A stretch of DNA of 63,994 nucleotides, counting the filler, from Aduncisulcus paluster (taxonomy: Eukaryota): the NCBI GenBank assembly GCA_024181965.1. It is 15 parts of 15 records of this genome, joined end to end, with 100 filler letters (N's around TTAATTAATTAA, not from the genome) between each part and the next. Parts side by side here need not be neighbours in the genome. Positions count along the whole stretch, not along the records: positions 1 to 17,163 come from BQXS01011933.1; 14 more parts are not named here. The stretch is one strand, 5' to 3'. Positions 1 through 12,526 of this stretch are shown here, piece after piece; positions within the stretch are counted from its first letter, which is position 1, and the number at the start of each line of letters is the position of its first letter. The translations under genes and the position numbers were made by a program. The notes below the pieces were generated by a model. That model was not told the origin of the DNA. It saw only the letters and a program-made list of their open reading frames with translations, and searched no databases.

Positions 1-7
1 TTATCAA

Positions 8-3000
8 ATGTATAATTCTACATGTTTTACTATTGATGTAATCCGCGCCTTATTAATTGATATCAAGAGAATCTCTTCTCCCATCACGCTTTCTTTTATA
101 TTTTCTTCATCGCAACCTTATTTTGTGTCCACTTTCGAATCGTTATCATCATCTCCTTCTGTCATCCGAGCCAATAGGACTCTCTTAACGCTTTGTATTG
201 AATGTATTTCATTATTGATCTCAAAAACAAAATCTCCCCTTCAATCTCAAGAGGAATTAAATGCTGTTTATTTAGAAGATAATGTTTTTCGCACAGCAGA
301 AGGTAAATTTTATGATAAGATCTTTGATGTGATCAAGATAATCGCAGTTCTATATGATGATGACGAAGAAGAAGATCAAAAGAATCCTCGTTGTATTATT
401 ACCGACATTGGTTCTGATACCATTAATCCCCTTGTTCGATCTCTATTTTTACTATTACATTATGCTCTGTGGGAAAATACACGAGTTCATTGTGATATCT
501 GTGAAATTATCTACCCTTTTCTCTCTAAGATGTTAGTTCTTGGATTGTCTGAGCAATTTGAGGATTCCCTTGTTGAAGATATCCTCGAGACATGTAGGTC
601 TATCGCATTTGCCAAAGACAATTCCATTAAGGATTCCCTTTTATCCATTCTTCTCCCTCACATCTTACCTTGGATGAAGAAGTATCCTGACAAGAAGTTC
701 TTTCTGCATTGGACACATATAATGAAGAATATCACACTTAACGAGAATAATACAAACGTTAACCCTCCGAAAGATCGTTCCTCACAACTTTGGTTTATGT
801 TCCATCATATCTTGGATGTGATTAAGGATACTTCTTCCAAAAGCATAACATTAGACGATAATAATGAATTTACAATTGCTCCATGTTTGTGTTTCTTTAT
901 TAACTTGAGTTGTATTCCTTCCCAAGCTCTCGATGTATATGATTGTATTAAAGATGAACTTCTTGACAGTTGGTTTGTGATGATTAAGAAGAGGTTTGAT
1001 GAAGGATCTGAGTATATGTGGGGAATGAAATATTGGTATAGATACATTTCCATGCTCTCCACTGTTCCATCTCTTGTTCCTCAAATATCTCCCAAATATG
1101 ATGCCAACATGGAATGGTGCAAGAATAATGACTGTGAATTGAGGTATCACCAGTCTTATTTGACTAACTGCTATCCAATCTTGAAGAAATGGAATGATTT
1201 ACTTGATTCTATTTCAAAATGTGAAGATTCAACTACAAAAGCTCAGCTTTATTACAAACATAAAAACGAAATTCTTTCTGTCTTTGCAAATTGTTGTCAC
1301 AAACCATCATCATCAACAATATCAGCCGGAGATGGTAATGGTTCCTCAAAAGTCAAAGAAAGTCAAAAAAAAGAAGAATTTGAAGAAGCAGAAGTTGAAG
1401 AAGAGAAAAAACTGATCCTGAAGCATTCTAATGAACTGAATTTCTGTTGTCAATGCCTCAATTTGTTTTGTCGACATGATACTAAAAATGATCGTTCAAT
1501 TTACTTACCCATTCTTGAATTACTTGATCTNNNNNNNNNNNNNNNNNNNNCAAAATGTGAAGATTCAACTACAAAAGCTCAGCTTTATTACAAACATAAA
1601 AACGAAATTCTTTCTGTCTTTGCAAATTGTTGTCACAAACCATCATCATCAACAATATCAGCCGGAGATGGTAATGGTTCCTCAAAAGTCAAAGAAAGTC
1701 AAAAAAAAGAAGAATTTGAAGAAGCAGAAGTTGAAGAAGAGAAAAAACTGATCCTGAAGCATTCTAATGAACTGAATTTCTGTTGTCAATGCCTCAATTT
1801 GTTTTGTCGACATGATACTAAAAATGATCGTTCAATTTACTTACCCATTCTTGAATTACTTGATCTTGTTAATACCTTTCTTGACTATTTAATGATGGTT
1901 GAATTAGTATTGCAAGAAACGGTTGACGAGGTATTTTATTTGATTTGTGTCGAATACACATATAAATTGCCCGATAAACGGTTATTTTTATATTCAAAAG
2001 TCAAACACAACCTTGAATGTTCTCTTGAACGGGGAAGCTATCGTTCAATGCCAACATGTGCTCTGTGGATAATGCGAACAGTTCGAAACATTGCGATTAC
2101 CAAATGTGTTGATACCAAAATGTCCCTCATGAAGCTCGTAAAGCCTCACATCAATGGTTGGTTCGAGTATAATGGTGATTCTATCGGCGAGTGGGCTATA
2201 TTACTTGGCAAAATTACATGGCTTGATGATGAACAAAAGGAAAATGTTCCCGTTTGTCGTGAAGTTTGGCCGTTTTTACCTTCTATTTTTAGATTTATTG
2301 AGAAGGAAGGCGGTGTTTTAAACCGTAATAAGATTTTAGAAAATAATTGTCATCAATTCATTAGGATATTTTCCAATTTATGTTCGATTGGCGAAGCTGA
2401 GACCATTGAGATTTATAATCGTGTTAAACGTTACATTTTAGATTGGATTTTGGTTATAAAACAAGAGAAACATCAATGGGCTACGACATTCTGGTTATAT
2501 CTCATGGGTTGGTTTACATCTGTTCCCTCCATTGTTCCTCATATTACTCCTCAATTTGATGAGCATGTGAAATGGGGACAAACTTATAACACTCAGAAAA
2601 AATGTATCGATATTTATTATGACCATATTTCTTCATATGTAGCTTCCCGGTCTTCTAAATCACTTCCCTCCCTGCTCCAATTAGTCCCATTGATCTCTCT
2701 TATTCCTTCATTTGAGACAGTTTATGATACTGACTCATGTCGAACTCAGTCAAAAAAAGAAGAAGAAGCAGAAGAAGAATCTTCCTCTTCCTCTTCCTCT
2801 TCCTCTTCCTCTTCCTCTTCATGCGCATATTCATTCTCAACACGTGTTCTGATATTGATGAAGATTATTCCTTCCAAACAAGGATATGGCTATTATGGTG
2901 TAAGTCCTCCCGCATCATTCTATAGTATCATCAATGGGGATAAAATTGATACGAATACAATTACAATTCTTTCTTTCAAGAATCAAGATGAAGACGAAGA

Positions 3001-3184
3001 TAGAAAGGAGGGAAAAGAGGAAGAAGAATATATCACACACTCTTCTCTTATCAAATACACTCCTCCTCAACATTTACTTGTCAAGATGCCATTTCATAAG
3101 GAAAGATCTTTGAGACAATCTGTCTATGATCTAATTGAACGCACAGGTGGGGGTGTGGAAGCTTTGTTTGATAACAATTTGTGA
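8..3184 (+). CDS. Helical-repeat (ARM/HEAT-like) hypothetical protein with two diverged copies of a Trp-rich module; about 946 aa after removing the assembly duplication; may be 5'-partial
   Basis: Long ORF. Module 1 (PHILPWMKKY...FINLS...VPSLVPQISPKYDANMEW) aligns by eye with module 2 (PHINGWFEY...FSNLC...VPSIVPHITPQFDEHVKW). The fold is inferred from helical composition only. Confidence 0.7.
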   Translation: MYNSTCFTIDVIRALLIDIKRISSPITLSFIFSSSQPYFVSTFESLSSSPSVIRANRTLLTLCIECISLLISKTKSPLQSQEELNAVYLEDNVFRTAEGKFYDKIFDVIKIIAVLYDDDEEEDQKNPRCIITDIGSDTINPLVRSLFLLLHYALWENTRVHCDICEIIYPFLSKMLVLGLSEQFEDSLVEDILETCRSIAFAKDNSIKDSLLSILLPHILPWMKKYPDKKFFLHWTHIMKNITLNENNTNVNPPKDRSSQLWFMFHHILDVIKDTSSKSITLDDNNEFTIAPCLCFFINLSCIPSQALDVYDCIKDELLDSWFVMIKKRFDEGSEYMWGMKYWYRYISMLSTVPSLVPQISPKYDANMEWCKNNDCELRYHQSYLTNCYPILKKWNDLLDSISKCEDSTTKAQLYYKHKNEILSVFANCCHKPSSSTISAGDGNGSSKVKESQKKEEFEEAEVEEEKKLILKHSNELNFCCQCLNLFCRHDTKNDRSIYLPILELLDXXXXXXXXKCEDSTTKAQLYYKHKNEILSVFANCCHKPSSSTISAGDGNGSSKVKESQKKEEFEEAEVEEEKKLILKHSNELNFCCQCLNLFCRHDTKNDRSIYLPILELLDLVNTFLDYLMMVELVLQETVDEVFYLICVEYTYKLPDKRLFLYSKVKHNLECSLERGSYRSMPTCALWIMRTVRNIAITKCVDTKMSLMKLVKPHINGWFEYNGDSIGEWAILLGKITWLDDEQKENVPVCREVWPFLPSIFRFIEKEGGVLNRNKILENNCHQFIRIFSNLCSIGEAETIEIYNRVKRYILDWILVIKQEKHQWATTFWLYLMGWFTSVPSIVPHITPQFDEHVKWGQTYNTQKKCIDIYYDHISSYVASRSSKSLPSLLQLVPLISLIPSFETVYDTDSCRTQSKKEEEAEEESSSSSSSSSSSSSSCAYSFSTRVLILMKIIPSKQGYGYYGVSPPASFYSIINGDKIDTNTITILSFKNQDEDEDRKEGKEEEEYITHSSLIKYTPPQHLLVKMPFHKERSLRQSVYDLIERTGGGVEALFDNNL
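1215..1866. repeat. 316-bp direct duplication flanking a 20-N gap (scaffolding overlap artefact)
   Basis: 1215-1530 is repeated at 1551-1866; the offset of 336 keeps the frame. Confidence 0.9.
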
Positions 3185-3377
3185 CACAAATTTTGTGTAG
3201 GCCATTTGATGGGTTTGATCATCAAGAAGGATGGAGGAAAGGGATGCGGGGCGTTAATAAAAGAAAAGAATAGGAATTCTTAACATTCATTCTTCCACTC
3301 TTTTCTGAAATTTGGAATCCGACAGATGATACGCAATACGAAAATTATTTCCTTAGAAATGGATTCCTAATAGGGAT

Positions 3378-6300
3378 TTATTCTTCATCTCCTTCATCTT
3401 TCTTCTCAACTTGACACTCAAGTTCAAAGTCTGGATCTGTTTGAGCCAAGAGCATTCTCCGTTTCACTTCTTCAAACATTTGATTTGGATTCAACATCGT
3501 GGAGCAAGAGGAACGAGTGGTTTGTAATATTTTCTGCTTTTCATTTTCTCCTTTCTTCTTCTTCTTCTTTTTGTTCTTTTTCTCTATCATCATGACAACC
3601 ACCACCAGACAAAACCCTTTCATCACCGCCAACATCATCACGTTTGATATTTTTAGAAATTTGAGAAACTCCTCCGGAAATTTCAGGCTTCGCAACATCA
3701 TCATTATCCTCCATTGCTTCGTTAATGCTGGCCTCAATGCTTTCGACCAGACTTATACATTCAAAATGTTCAGAATCAAATTCTTCTCCATCGGCATTAT
3801 TCTTATTATTATTATTATTATTATTATTACCACATTTAGGACTGGAAGAAGTAAGAATATCGGTTCTATTTTGGGATACAATCTGAGAAGATTTCTTCTT
3901 ACGAGCATCTTTGTCATATTTTCCCTCATCATCATCATATTCTTCGTCATATTCATCAATAATCTCAACGACATCAACAAATGAACTATTTTTAGAATAA
4001 TCCTGAGAAGAACTTGTTGTCAAAGTTGCTGAAGCTGCATGTGATGAAGCAGTAATCAAGTTATTCGTATGGTAATCTTCATCGACACTCCACACTTCAA
4101 TGATTTCTTCATCCTCTTCTTTTTCCCCTCTTGCTTCTTCAATTCCATCCATTTTTTCTTCTTCGTTGGAGCTTTTGGTGCACTTAAGATGGTCAGATAT
4201 TTGTGAAGAATTAACACCAATAACGTCTTCTTCCTTCTTTTGTTCCTCTTTTGATGATCTTGCTTGGATGTGTTTCAAAACAACATTCACGAGAGAAGAT
4301 TGCCTATTCTTTTGTCTCTTTGTAATCCTCACTGATCGTTTCATTGCAACATCTTCCTCTTCCTCTTCTTCCTCTTCCTCTTCCTCTTCCTCTTCTTCTT
4401 CTTCTTCTTCTTCTTCTTCTTCTCCTCCTCTAATTATAGATCTTTTCCCTTTCCTTTTCCTTTCCAGATCTTTTTTCCTATGCTGATCCGATTCGGTTAT
4501 TTCTTTCGCGTTTTCTTCTTCTTCTTCTTCTTGAGAAATATATCTAAAAATAGACCAACAAAACTCTCCAATTAGATCACTGAGAAAGTCTGGCATTATT
4601 TGTATTATTTGTCTTGAATGTAATCGTGGATCGTAAACCATTTTAATTAACCACGGAAAACAACTGTAGAAACGAGAGAAATCTGCCAGAGAAAAGGGGA
4701 ACAATCCACCCCTTTTGTGTGAATAATGTTCCCAAGTTTTAGCTCTTGAAGAATATAAATGTTCAAAACCCAATGAGCTATATGAAGAAGAATAAACCTT
4801 TGTGCTTTTGGAATAACTTGACATATCATCCAAAAAAAGTCTTGAGAATGGATTTTCTTTGCAATAAACATGCATAATGTATTCAATTCGCTCGGAAGCA
4901 GTCTTGAGAAATATCATTTGACTTCTTCTCTCATTTTTCACCTTAATTTGATCACAATTAAACCTCTTCTTCTTATCCCCTTTTCCTCTTCCTCTTCCTC
5001 TTCCTTTTCCTCTTCCTTTTCCTTTTCCTTGAAGACATTGCTTCTCAATAACAACCTCTTCATCTCGTTCAATCTCTCCCCTTTCTCCTTCTTCACCCTT
5101 GCCCTCCTTCTCATTCTCCTTTTTCTCATCGGATCTATTTTTAGAATACTTCTCAATCATACTATTTGTTTCCCTCTCCAACCTATTTATAGTCTTTTGT
5201 GAGAAAATAGATTGTTGTTGTTCATTCTGATTTTTTGTCTTATTATTCTTATTATTCTTATTATTCTTATTCTTAATTGTATTATTAATAATATTATCAT
5301 TTTTCCAAAATGTGCAGTTTCCCATTTGTTTCATAACTAAAATCCATAGGCCTAATTGACTCAATGAAAGAGGAGAGAGAGGAAAGTTAATTTGATGCAA
5401 AGAGCAGGGTTGAGTGAGATAATCGACCACATCAATATCTTCACGCTTATTACCATTCCCTTTGGAAGCTGGGGTTTGAACTGAATTTGCACAATGCACC
5501 CGTTCCTCATGCTTCTTAACTTCGTCATGCTTCTTAACTTCGTCATGCTCTTTGTCGTGCTCTTGTCCACATAAACATAATGTTTTTTGACCGAGAGAAT
5601 AATCTGCTCTAGGAGATGACATTCTTTCTTGTGGGTAAATGTATGGATTCATAGCATTATAAAACCCACAAATACCTTGATGAACACCTCCGGTATAGGA
5701 TTTAAGAAGGATATTTTGGTATGCTTGTGAGAAATATGAAATTTTATCCTTAACATGTCCCTTAGAAAATAAAGAAGAAGTTGGATTCTTGTCTAACTTA
5801 TTGACAGCACCAACAATAGAATCGTCACCCATACGACCAACTTTCTCTTTCTTCTCTTTCTTCTCTTTCTTCTCTCCCGCATATATCCTCTTTTTTCGAG
5901 CTTGGACTCTTTCACGAGCAAGATTATAACCCATTTCACCAAAAACATAATCTTTCCGAATACGTGAACATTGAACAATCTTTGACCATATTCGAGCACT
6001 TTCAATGGCACATTTTCGTCTTAATTCGCACATAAATGGGTCAGCTTGGAATATACATGCCGCATTGGACATGGGATGTTGAATAAAATGAGATATTATG
6101 TTGGAAGAAGCAAAGGGGGTCGAAAGTTTAGCTAAATTGGGGATTCTATGATCATCTTCTTCAGAACAATCAGAAATGACGATATCAATTTGTCTATTCA
6201 AAACCTCGCCCCTTTTGCCAATATTAGTAGAAGGAAAATTAGAATTACTAGCAATCTCAACATCACGATCAGGGATATCTCGATCAATGATATCTCGATC

Positions 6301-9300
6301 ATCTCTTGAATTAATATCGGAATTGATAATTATTTCCTTCAGATCTTCACGTTCTCTTTCTTCTTTTTCTTTTTCATGTTCTTCAAGCTTTTGGTGCTCT
6401 GAATTTCCTTGTTCAATTTGCGCCTCTCTTCTTCTTCTTCTTCTTCTTCTTCTTCTTCTTCTTTCAATTCATACATTTTAAACATATCTTCAGCGTCTAT
6501 GGAGTCTCCAGACACAAATGCATCATTCAAACCATTATCTATACTGTACTGTACATTATTATGATCTAAAACAATTCCAGTATCAATATATTCTTCACTC
6601 TTTCTTTCTCTTCTTTCTCTTCTTTCTCTTCTCTCTCTTCTCTCTCTTCTCTCTCTTCTTTCTATCATCTTGGCGATCCTTTCTGTCTCTTCGATAATGT
6701 CTAGATCATTGATTGCATGAGAATAAACAAATCCATAATCTTTTGGCATTCCATTGGTTCTCGATCTCCGATTACCATCCTTACCAGAACGACTATTAGA
6801 AACATCATATATAACTTTTCCAGATCCGATTGCAACACTATAAACATGGGACATCATTCTTTTGATATGGCAATAGTTAAACGCACCGCCTCCGGTGTGA
6901 TTTTGAACATATGGAGGTCCATAATCTCCTAATATACGTTCTTCATCTTCTTCATCTCTCTCTTCTTCTCTCTCTTCTTCTTCACTCGTCGGATTTGAGT
7001 CACTATTCCAAACTTTAGTCAAATATGCATCAAAAGATCCACTTCTTTCATCTTCTCTCTCTTCTCTTGTATATTCATCAAGATCGTATTCATCAAGATC
7101 GTAGTCAGAGCCAAGAGATGAGGAGCGAGATGAGGAGCGAGATCCAACAACACGAGTGGACTGTTTCTTCTTTCCTTTCTTCCCTTTCTTTCCATTCTTA
7201 TTGAACTTTTTCATGACCATTGCAGCAGCGACAGTAGCCATGCGAGCTGAAGAACTCCTTCTATCGCTCATGATATCAACCAATACAAGATCTTGGCCAC
7301 CACCGCCGCCACCGCCATTGTTTCTCAAAGGGGGTTCTAAAATTGGACACACACCGGTCCTCAGAGGGAAGAACGATGAAGGAGTAATCGGTGCAGACGT
7401 AGAAGAAAGTGGAGGAACAGGCAATGTTGTTTTAGGAACAATAATGCTAGAATCTATGATCGATCTTTCACATTGACTTTTGGACAATTGTTTTGAATGC
7501 CATTTCGAAAACCATTTTTTTTCACCCCACCCATCTTCTTCCCACATAGTTTCTGCCGTATCACGGTCACGATCAAGGCCACTTCTTAGCGAGATGAGGA
7601 GCGAGATCCAACAACACGAGTGGACTGTTTCTTCTTTCCTTTCTTCCCTTTCTTTCCATTCTTATTGAACTTTTTCATGACCATTGCAGCAGCGACAGTA
7701 GCCATGCGAGCTGAAGAACTCCTTCTATCGCTCATGATATCAACCAATACAAGATCTTGGCCACCACCGCCGCCACCGCCATTGTTTCTCAAAGGGGGTT
7801 CTAAAATTGGACACACACCGGTCCTCAGAGGGAAGAACGATGAAGGAGTAATCGGTGCAGACGTAGAAGAAAGTGGAGGAACAGGCAATGTTGTTTTAGG
7901 AACAATAATGCTAGAATCTATGATCGATCTTTCACATTGACTTTTGGACAATTGTTTTGAATGCCATTTCGAAAACCATTTTTTTTCACCCCACCCATCT
8001 TCTTCCCACATAGTTTCTGCCGTATCACGGTCACGATCAAGGCCACTTCTTCTCTCCTCTACATTCGAATCTTCAAGGTGTTGCTTTGAATATATCATTG
8101 AATCTAATTCGATTTGGACATCACTGTTATACCTGTGAGGTGCGATAGAAGCGAAATAATTGTCATTTATCTCACCATCAAGAGAACCATTAACATATCC
8201 ATTGTATCTATTACAATTCATTTCCATTCCGTTGATGGAGTACAATTTTAAATCAATACAATGATCGTTGTCTACTTCTCGTTTTGAATGCTTTGGTCCC
8301 ATTTCCTTTTTTTGTCCATCTTCAATCACATCAGGATGTTCTTCTGTGAAGCTTACAGATAATACAGGGTAAAACAATCCACCTATTTTCTTATTCTTTT
8401 CACATGCAACTTCCTCCTCTTCTTCTCTGTCTTCTTGGCCTCCTCTACTGGGAGATATACGATAGCTAAAAGGATTATTTACAACATATCCTGAGGAATA
8501 AGAGTGAGAATAAGAAGGATCATAAAGATGGTAATTAAAACATTGGTTTGGACAATCATCCATTCGTTGAGTTATCATATCCATCAATGCTGAGTATTTA
8601 TCCTCAATTGTCCCACTTTTATCACCTTTTAAAATACTACGTTTATCATATGTATGTCTGCATATATAATTAAGACGACACGATAAAGGTGAAAAAGGAG
8701 AGAAAAGGGAATAAAATGGAGTCGATAGAGAAAAGATGCTCGGAGGAGGAACAGGTTGTGTTATTAAAAACTCGTTAAATATATTATATTCCTTAAACCC
8801 AGAGTAAATATTGTCACGCTTGTAAGTTGCATCACCAAATATAATCCCTCGCCCACATTTTTGGCATTCTCTCTCTCTTTCTCGGAGTTCCTCTTCCTCT
8901 TCAACAATTTCCTCAATTCTCTTGAGCCTCATCAATTTACAAAGAAAATGCTTTCGTTGGTTTGGAGTTTTGGACATATGATATGAAAATAAACATTTAC
9001 GAATCTCATTGTCGAGTTCGTCAAGGGCATCATCGTCAAGTTCATTTATATCTCTTTCTCCTCTCTCTCTTCTCTCTTTTTTGGCTTTTCTCTCTTTTAT
9101 ATACTCTCCTCTTCCTCTTCCTTTCTTCTTCTTTCCACTTTTTGTAGCATGAGGTATTTCCTCACACAAAGATCCATGATCAATATCACATTCATATTCC
9201 TCAAAACTATTTATAGGCCTTTGAGAAGGTATTGAACAAGATAACATACTAACAGGACCTTTTATATCGTAATCGTTACTATTATACTGATTTGCGTGAG

Positions 9301-10549
9301 TTAATTGACCGATTCTGGACATTTTACCACAGGATTGACGGAAAGTTGTCACAGACTGTCCAGATTCTATAGATCTCTTGCGTAAAGCTCTTTCTGTTGC
9401 AAGAGCAAGACCAGGAGCAACCAAACTACCAGTGACAAAGTCATCCGATGAAATTGAAGCACCGCCAGAGCCAGAAAATCTTCTTTTCCCTCCTCTTCCT
9501 CCTCCTCCTCTTCCATACTGAGATGAAGCATACGAAGTATTGTAATACCCATCTGCAACAATGGTATCAACACACATACCAACAGAGAAATTGTCATGGA
9601 GCGAGGAGAACATTTGTAAAAAATCCAAAAAGTGAACAGCTAATTCTATATCTTTATGGGGTTTATAGCCAAAAGTACTGTGTCGTTGGTTGAAATATAC
9701 GATAATAAAGTTAATGAGGACATATCCACCAATGCCACCTTCATATGGAACGTCTAGAGACCTTTGCCGGAGTAAGAGTTTCAATAACCTCACAAGAGGG
9801 TTGAAAAGAGGATATCGGTATGAATAATACATTATTTTCTCAGCAGATATGTTGCTAGCGTCTTGGTTGAAGGAAATATCGATGGAAATACCGGTACGTT
9901 TACAAGAACATTTTATAATCGGAACTTTAGCTTTTGTAATTGTTTCAATATTACAGAAAAATGGCGATTTACGCAATAAAGATGATATTATACCCATAGC
10001 TGAGAAAATATTAGCCGAATATGGGCTCATATCAACTGAACAATCAATATCTGATGTCGGGATACCTAATCCTGATGAAAACGATCCATATAATTTTAAT
10101 ACAGATAATGGATATATCGAATCAATGATTTTACGGATTCTTGAAAATATAATTGCTCGAATAAAGTATTCAAAGGGAGTTGGAATTAACCATCGGGAAA
10201 TATCCATTAATTCTGCATTGAAAAGAAGTAAATATGATGGCATAGTACTGAATGTGGGTCTAAAGGCAAAGAAATATCTAGAATCAACTGTTTTTAGCAA
10301 GTTATGGATGAAAGCAGTAGGACTACGACGGTATTCAATACAATCAAATTTATCAGCTATTAAATCACCTTTATGGCATCGTAACAGTTTAATAATCATG
10401 TCAAAGGTATAATTTGACATCCAAGGAACGAAATAAAACGAACGGGAGAGAGAATCAATCTTATCGGGGACTTCATCATAATCTCCAAGGAAAAGATCAC
10501 CTTGACTGTGTTTCATACCATTTTCCTCTTCAGATGAAACTTCAATCAT
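3378..10549 (-). CDS. Trf4/Trf5 (TENT4/PAPD5-7)-like non-canonical poly(A) polymerase with very long low-complexity extensions; probably one gene of about 2230 aa split into ORFs 7586-10549, 6339-7547, 3541-6201 and 3378-3737
   Basis: Pol-beta nucleotidyltransferase motif YGSFSSGLGIPTSDID, then AKVPIIK, third Asp in IDISF, and GGIGGY. Removing the 464-bp duplication joins the first two ORFs in frame. The frame of 3541-6201 stays open up to about 6465 and overlaps the previous ORF at a (GAA)n tract. The last join near 3545 is less certain. Confidence 0.8.
7124..8051. repeat. 464-bp tandem duplication inside the poly(A) polymerase gene, frame-breaking, probably an artefact
   Basis: 7124-7587 matches 7588-8051; identical shadow ORFs start at 7156 and 7620. 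Confidence 0.9.
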
Positions 10550-10988
10550 TTGATTTCGGCTCCAAAAGACATGTTTAAAAGATAATTAAATTAAATGTCA
10601 TTAAATCGGTGTATTATTAGTTTTTATTATCTAATATACAGATTATGATAAAATTATCCTCGTAAAATATGGGATATTTTTAATACATACAAAGATAGAG
10701 ATTAATTTTTCTTTTTGTCCCACTAGAATTATTTTAATGAAACGATATTGCATAAATAATTGATTAAAGAAGTGATATGTTAATTATTTGCAACGAATAT
10801 TATTTTATATTAAGCTTTACCTCATATTTGTGAATTTGCTATTTACGAAGGATTCCAATGAATAAATTATAAAACTAATAGGCAACAGTTTTATTTCTTT
10901 TCATCTCTGACCTCAATTCATCATCCAGAATGGATGTATATTCTATTTTATTTTGTCATACCAACAAAATGGATTTTTGTTGCAAAAT

Positions 10989-12346
10989 ATGGAGCCGTTT
11001 GTATATTTTTTTTTTATTTAAATGTTATAATTCATTATTTATTTATTTCTTACTTCCCTTTTATTAATTATTTATTCTTTTTCAGTGATAAGAGAAGGTT
11101 CTCGATTCAACATATCCGTCCTGGGAATGTAAAAGAAATTCCATTGACGAGAGATTATCAAGACTCTAAGATAACACAAATAGACGATTCTTCCCGAAAG
11201 AAATTGATGATTACAAACGATTATACTTCACCACGCAAACCAATAATATCTTTGGACGAATCGTTGTCTCCTGATTTTTTGAAACAATCTTATGGGGATT
11301 CTGGTTCATTGAGTGAATCTCTGCTCCCTGATTTTATTAAAGTCCCAAAAGAAGATCCAAACCCAAAACAGATTGAGAAATTGGTTTATGTCAACGCTGA
11401 GCTTGTTTCTGAAGTTCCCCAGCCTCTGGTAACACTAAATAAGGACATTTCTTATTCAAATATTATTTACAAGGAAGTTTTGTATAAAGTTCTCATTGAA
11501 TGGTATTTTACTCAACGTCAATGTCATTTCAGGCATAAAGCCCTCAAAAAGATCGACTCAATCAAAAAAGCAACCATATCTGAAGCGAAAGGTCTATATT
11601 CAAAGATATCCACCGAATATTCTAGGGATTTCCGGGAATTAAAACGATTTATGGTTGATCCTATTAATTTGCCATTGGTCCATTCACTTTCAACACATCT
11701 AAAGGCTTATTCTCAAACACAAACTGAAGATATTGTACGATCTCTGTATTTATTTGGTCATTATCCACCTCACCCCAGCTCTGGAAGCGATTCTTCTTCT
11801 CTTCTTCTTCGAGATGAAACAAAATATCAAGATCTTATTGAATCTATCAGAATTGGTGCTCAGAATTTTATTCAAAAAGTTCGATCCTTGGGAACTTTTC
11901 CAAAGGATTCGAGAGAATATCGTGAAGTTGAGCAAGAAGTTTTGAGATTTTCTGAAATTCTTGTACAAATTCAAAAAACGACAATACCTGATAAATCTTC
12001 GTTATTTCTCGATTTTGTTTCGTCTCTTTTGAAATTCAGTGAAGATTTTAAGACCTTAGTGTCTCTGAAACAAAGAGTATCTCATCGAATTAAAGCTATA
12101 AAAGAAGAAGAAGACAAAGATTATGAACAAACTCTTCGCATTCGAGAGTTGAAAATGAAAATCCAAAGACTCCAAGTATTGAAACGAACAAAAAAAGATT
12201 TGCAACGGTCAGAAGTGTTTATAAAAGACTTGAGGGAACAATTCAAGAAGAACGGAAAAGATATACAAAGAGCGAAAAACTATATTTCTAAAGTTGTTAA
12301 GAGTAATCAAAAATTATGTATTGGGACCGGAACTTGGAAATGGTGA
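10989..12346 (+). CDS. Coiled-coil hypothetical protein, two exons (10989-10996 and 11086-12346), starting MEPDKRRF
   Basis: The hydrophobic N-terminus given in the ORF track translates an AT-rich intron-like segment; splicing restores the frame. The C-terminal half is charged and helical. Confidence 0.65.
10997..11085 (+). other. Predicted spliceosomal intron, 89 nt, phase 2
   Basis: GTTTGT...TTTTTCAG, very AT-rich; gives ATG GAG CC/T GAT. An alternative donor GTATAT at 11001 with ATG 10930 is also in frame. Confidence 0.55.
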
Positions 12347-12504
12347 TCTGTATCACGATATAAATTTTGTTGTATAAATATCTAAATATGAAATATCTAA
12401 AATATTGATGAGCAAAAATAACTATTAACTATTTTAGTAAAAATGTTTGAAGGCTCATTAGAAGTTACAACGGAAATGGAGCAAAAATATCTGAAATCGT
12501 CGTT

Positions 12505-12514
12505 TTTGGCGACA
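12505..12514 (+). promoter_or_regulatory. Candidate start-proximal motif TTTGGCGACA
   Basis: Ends 12 nt before ATG 12527; the identical 10-mer lies at 30931-30940, 14 nt before the alpha-COP ATG. Confidence 0.35.
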
Positions 12515-12526
12515 AATTAGAGAACC

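Noticed and set aside
3499..7940. Plus-strand Ser/Phe/Leu-rich ORFs, and similar shadow ORFs throughout the window
   Set aside because: Antisense or off-frame readings of GAA/TCT-rich coding DNA that happens to lack stops.
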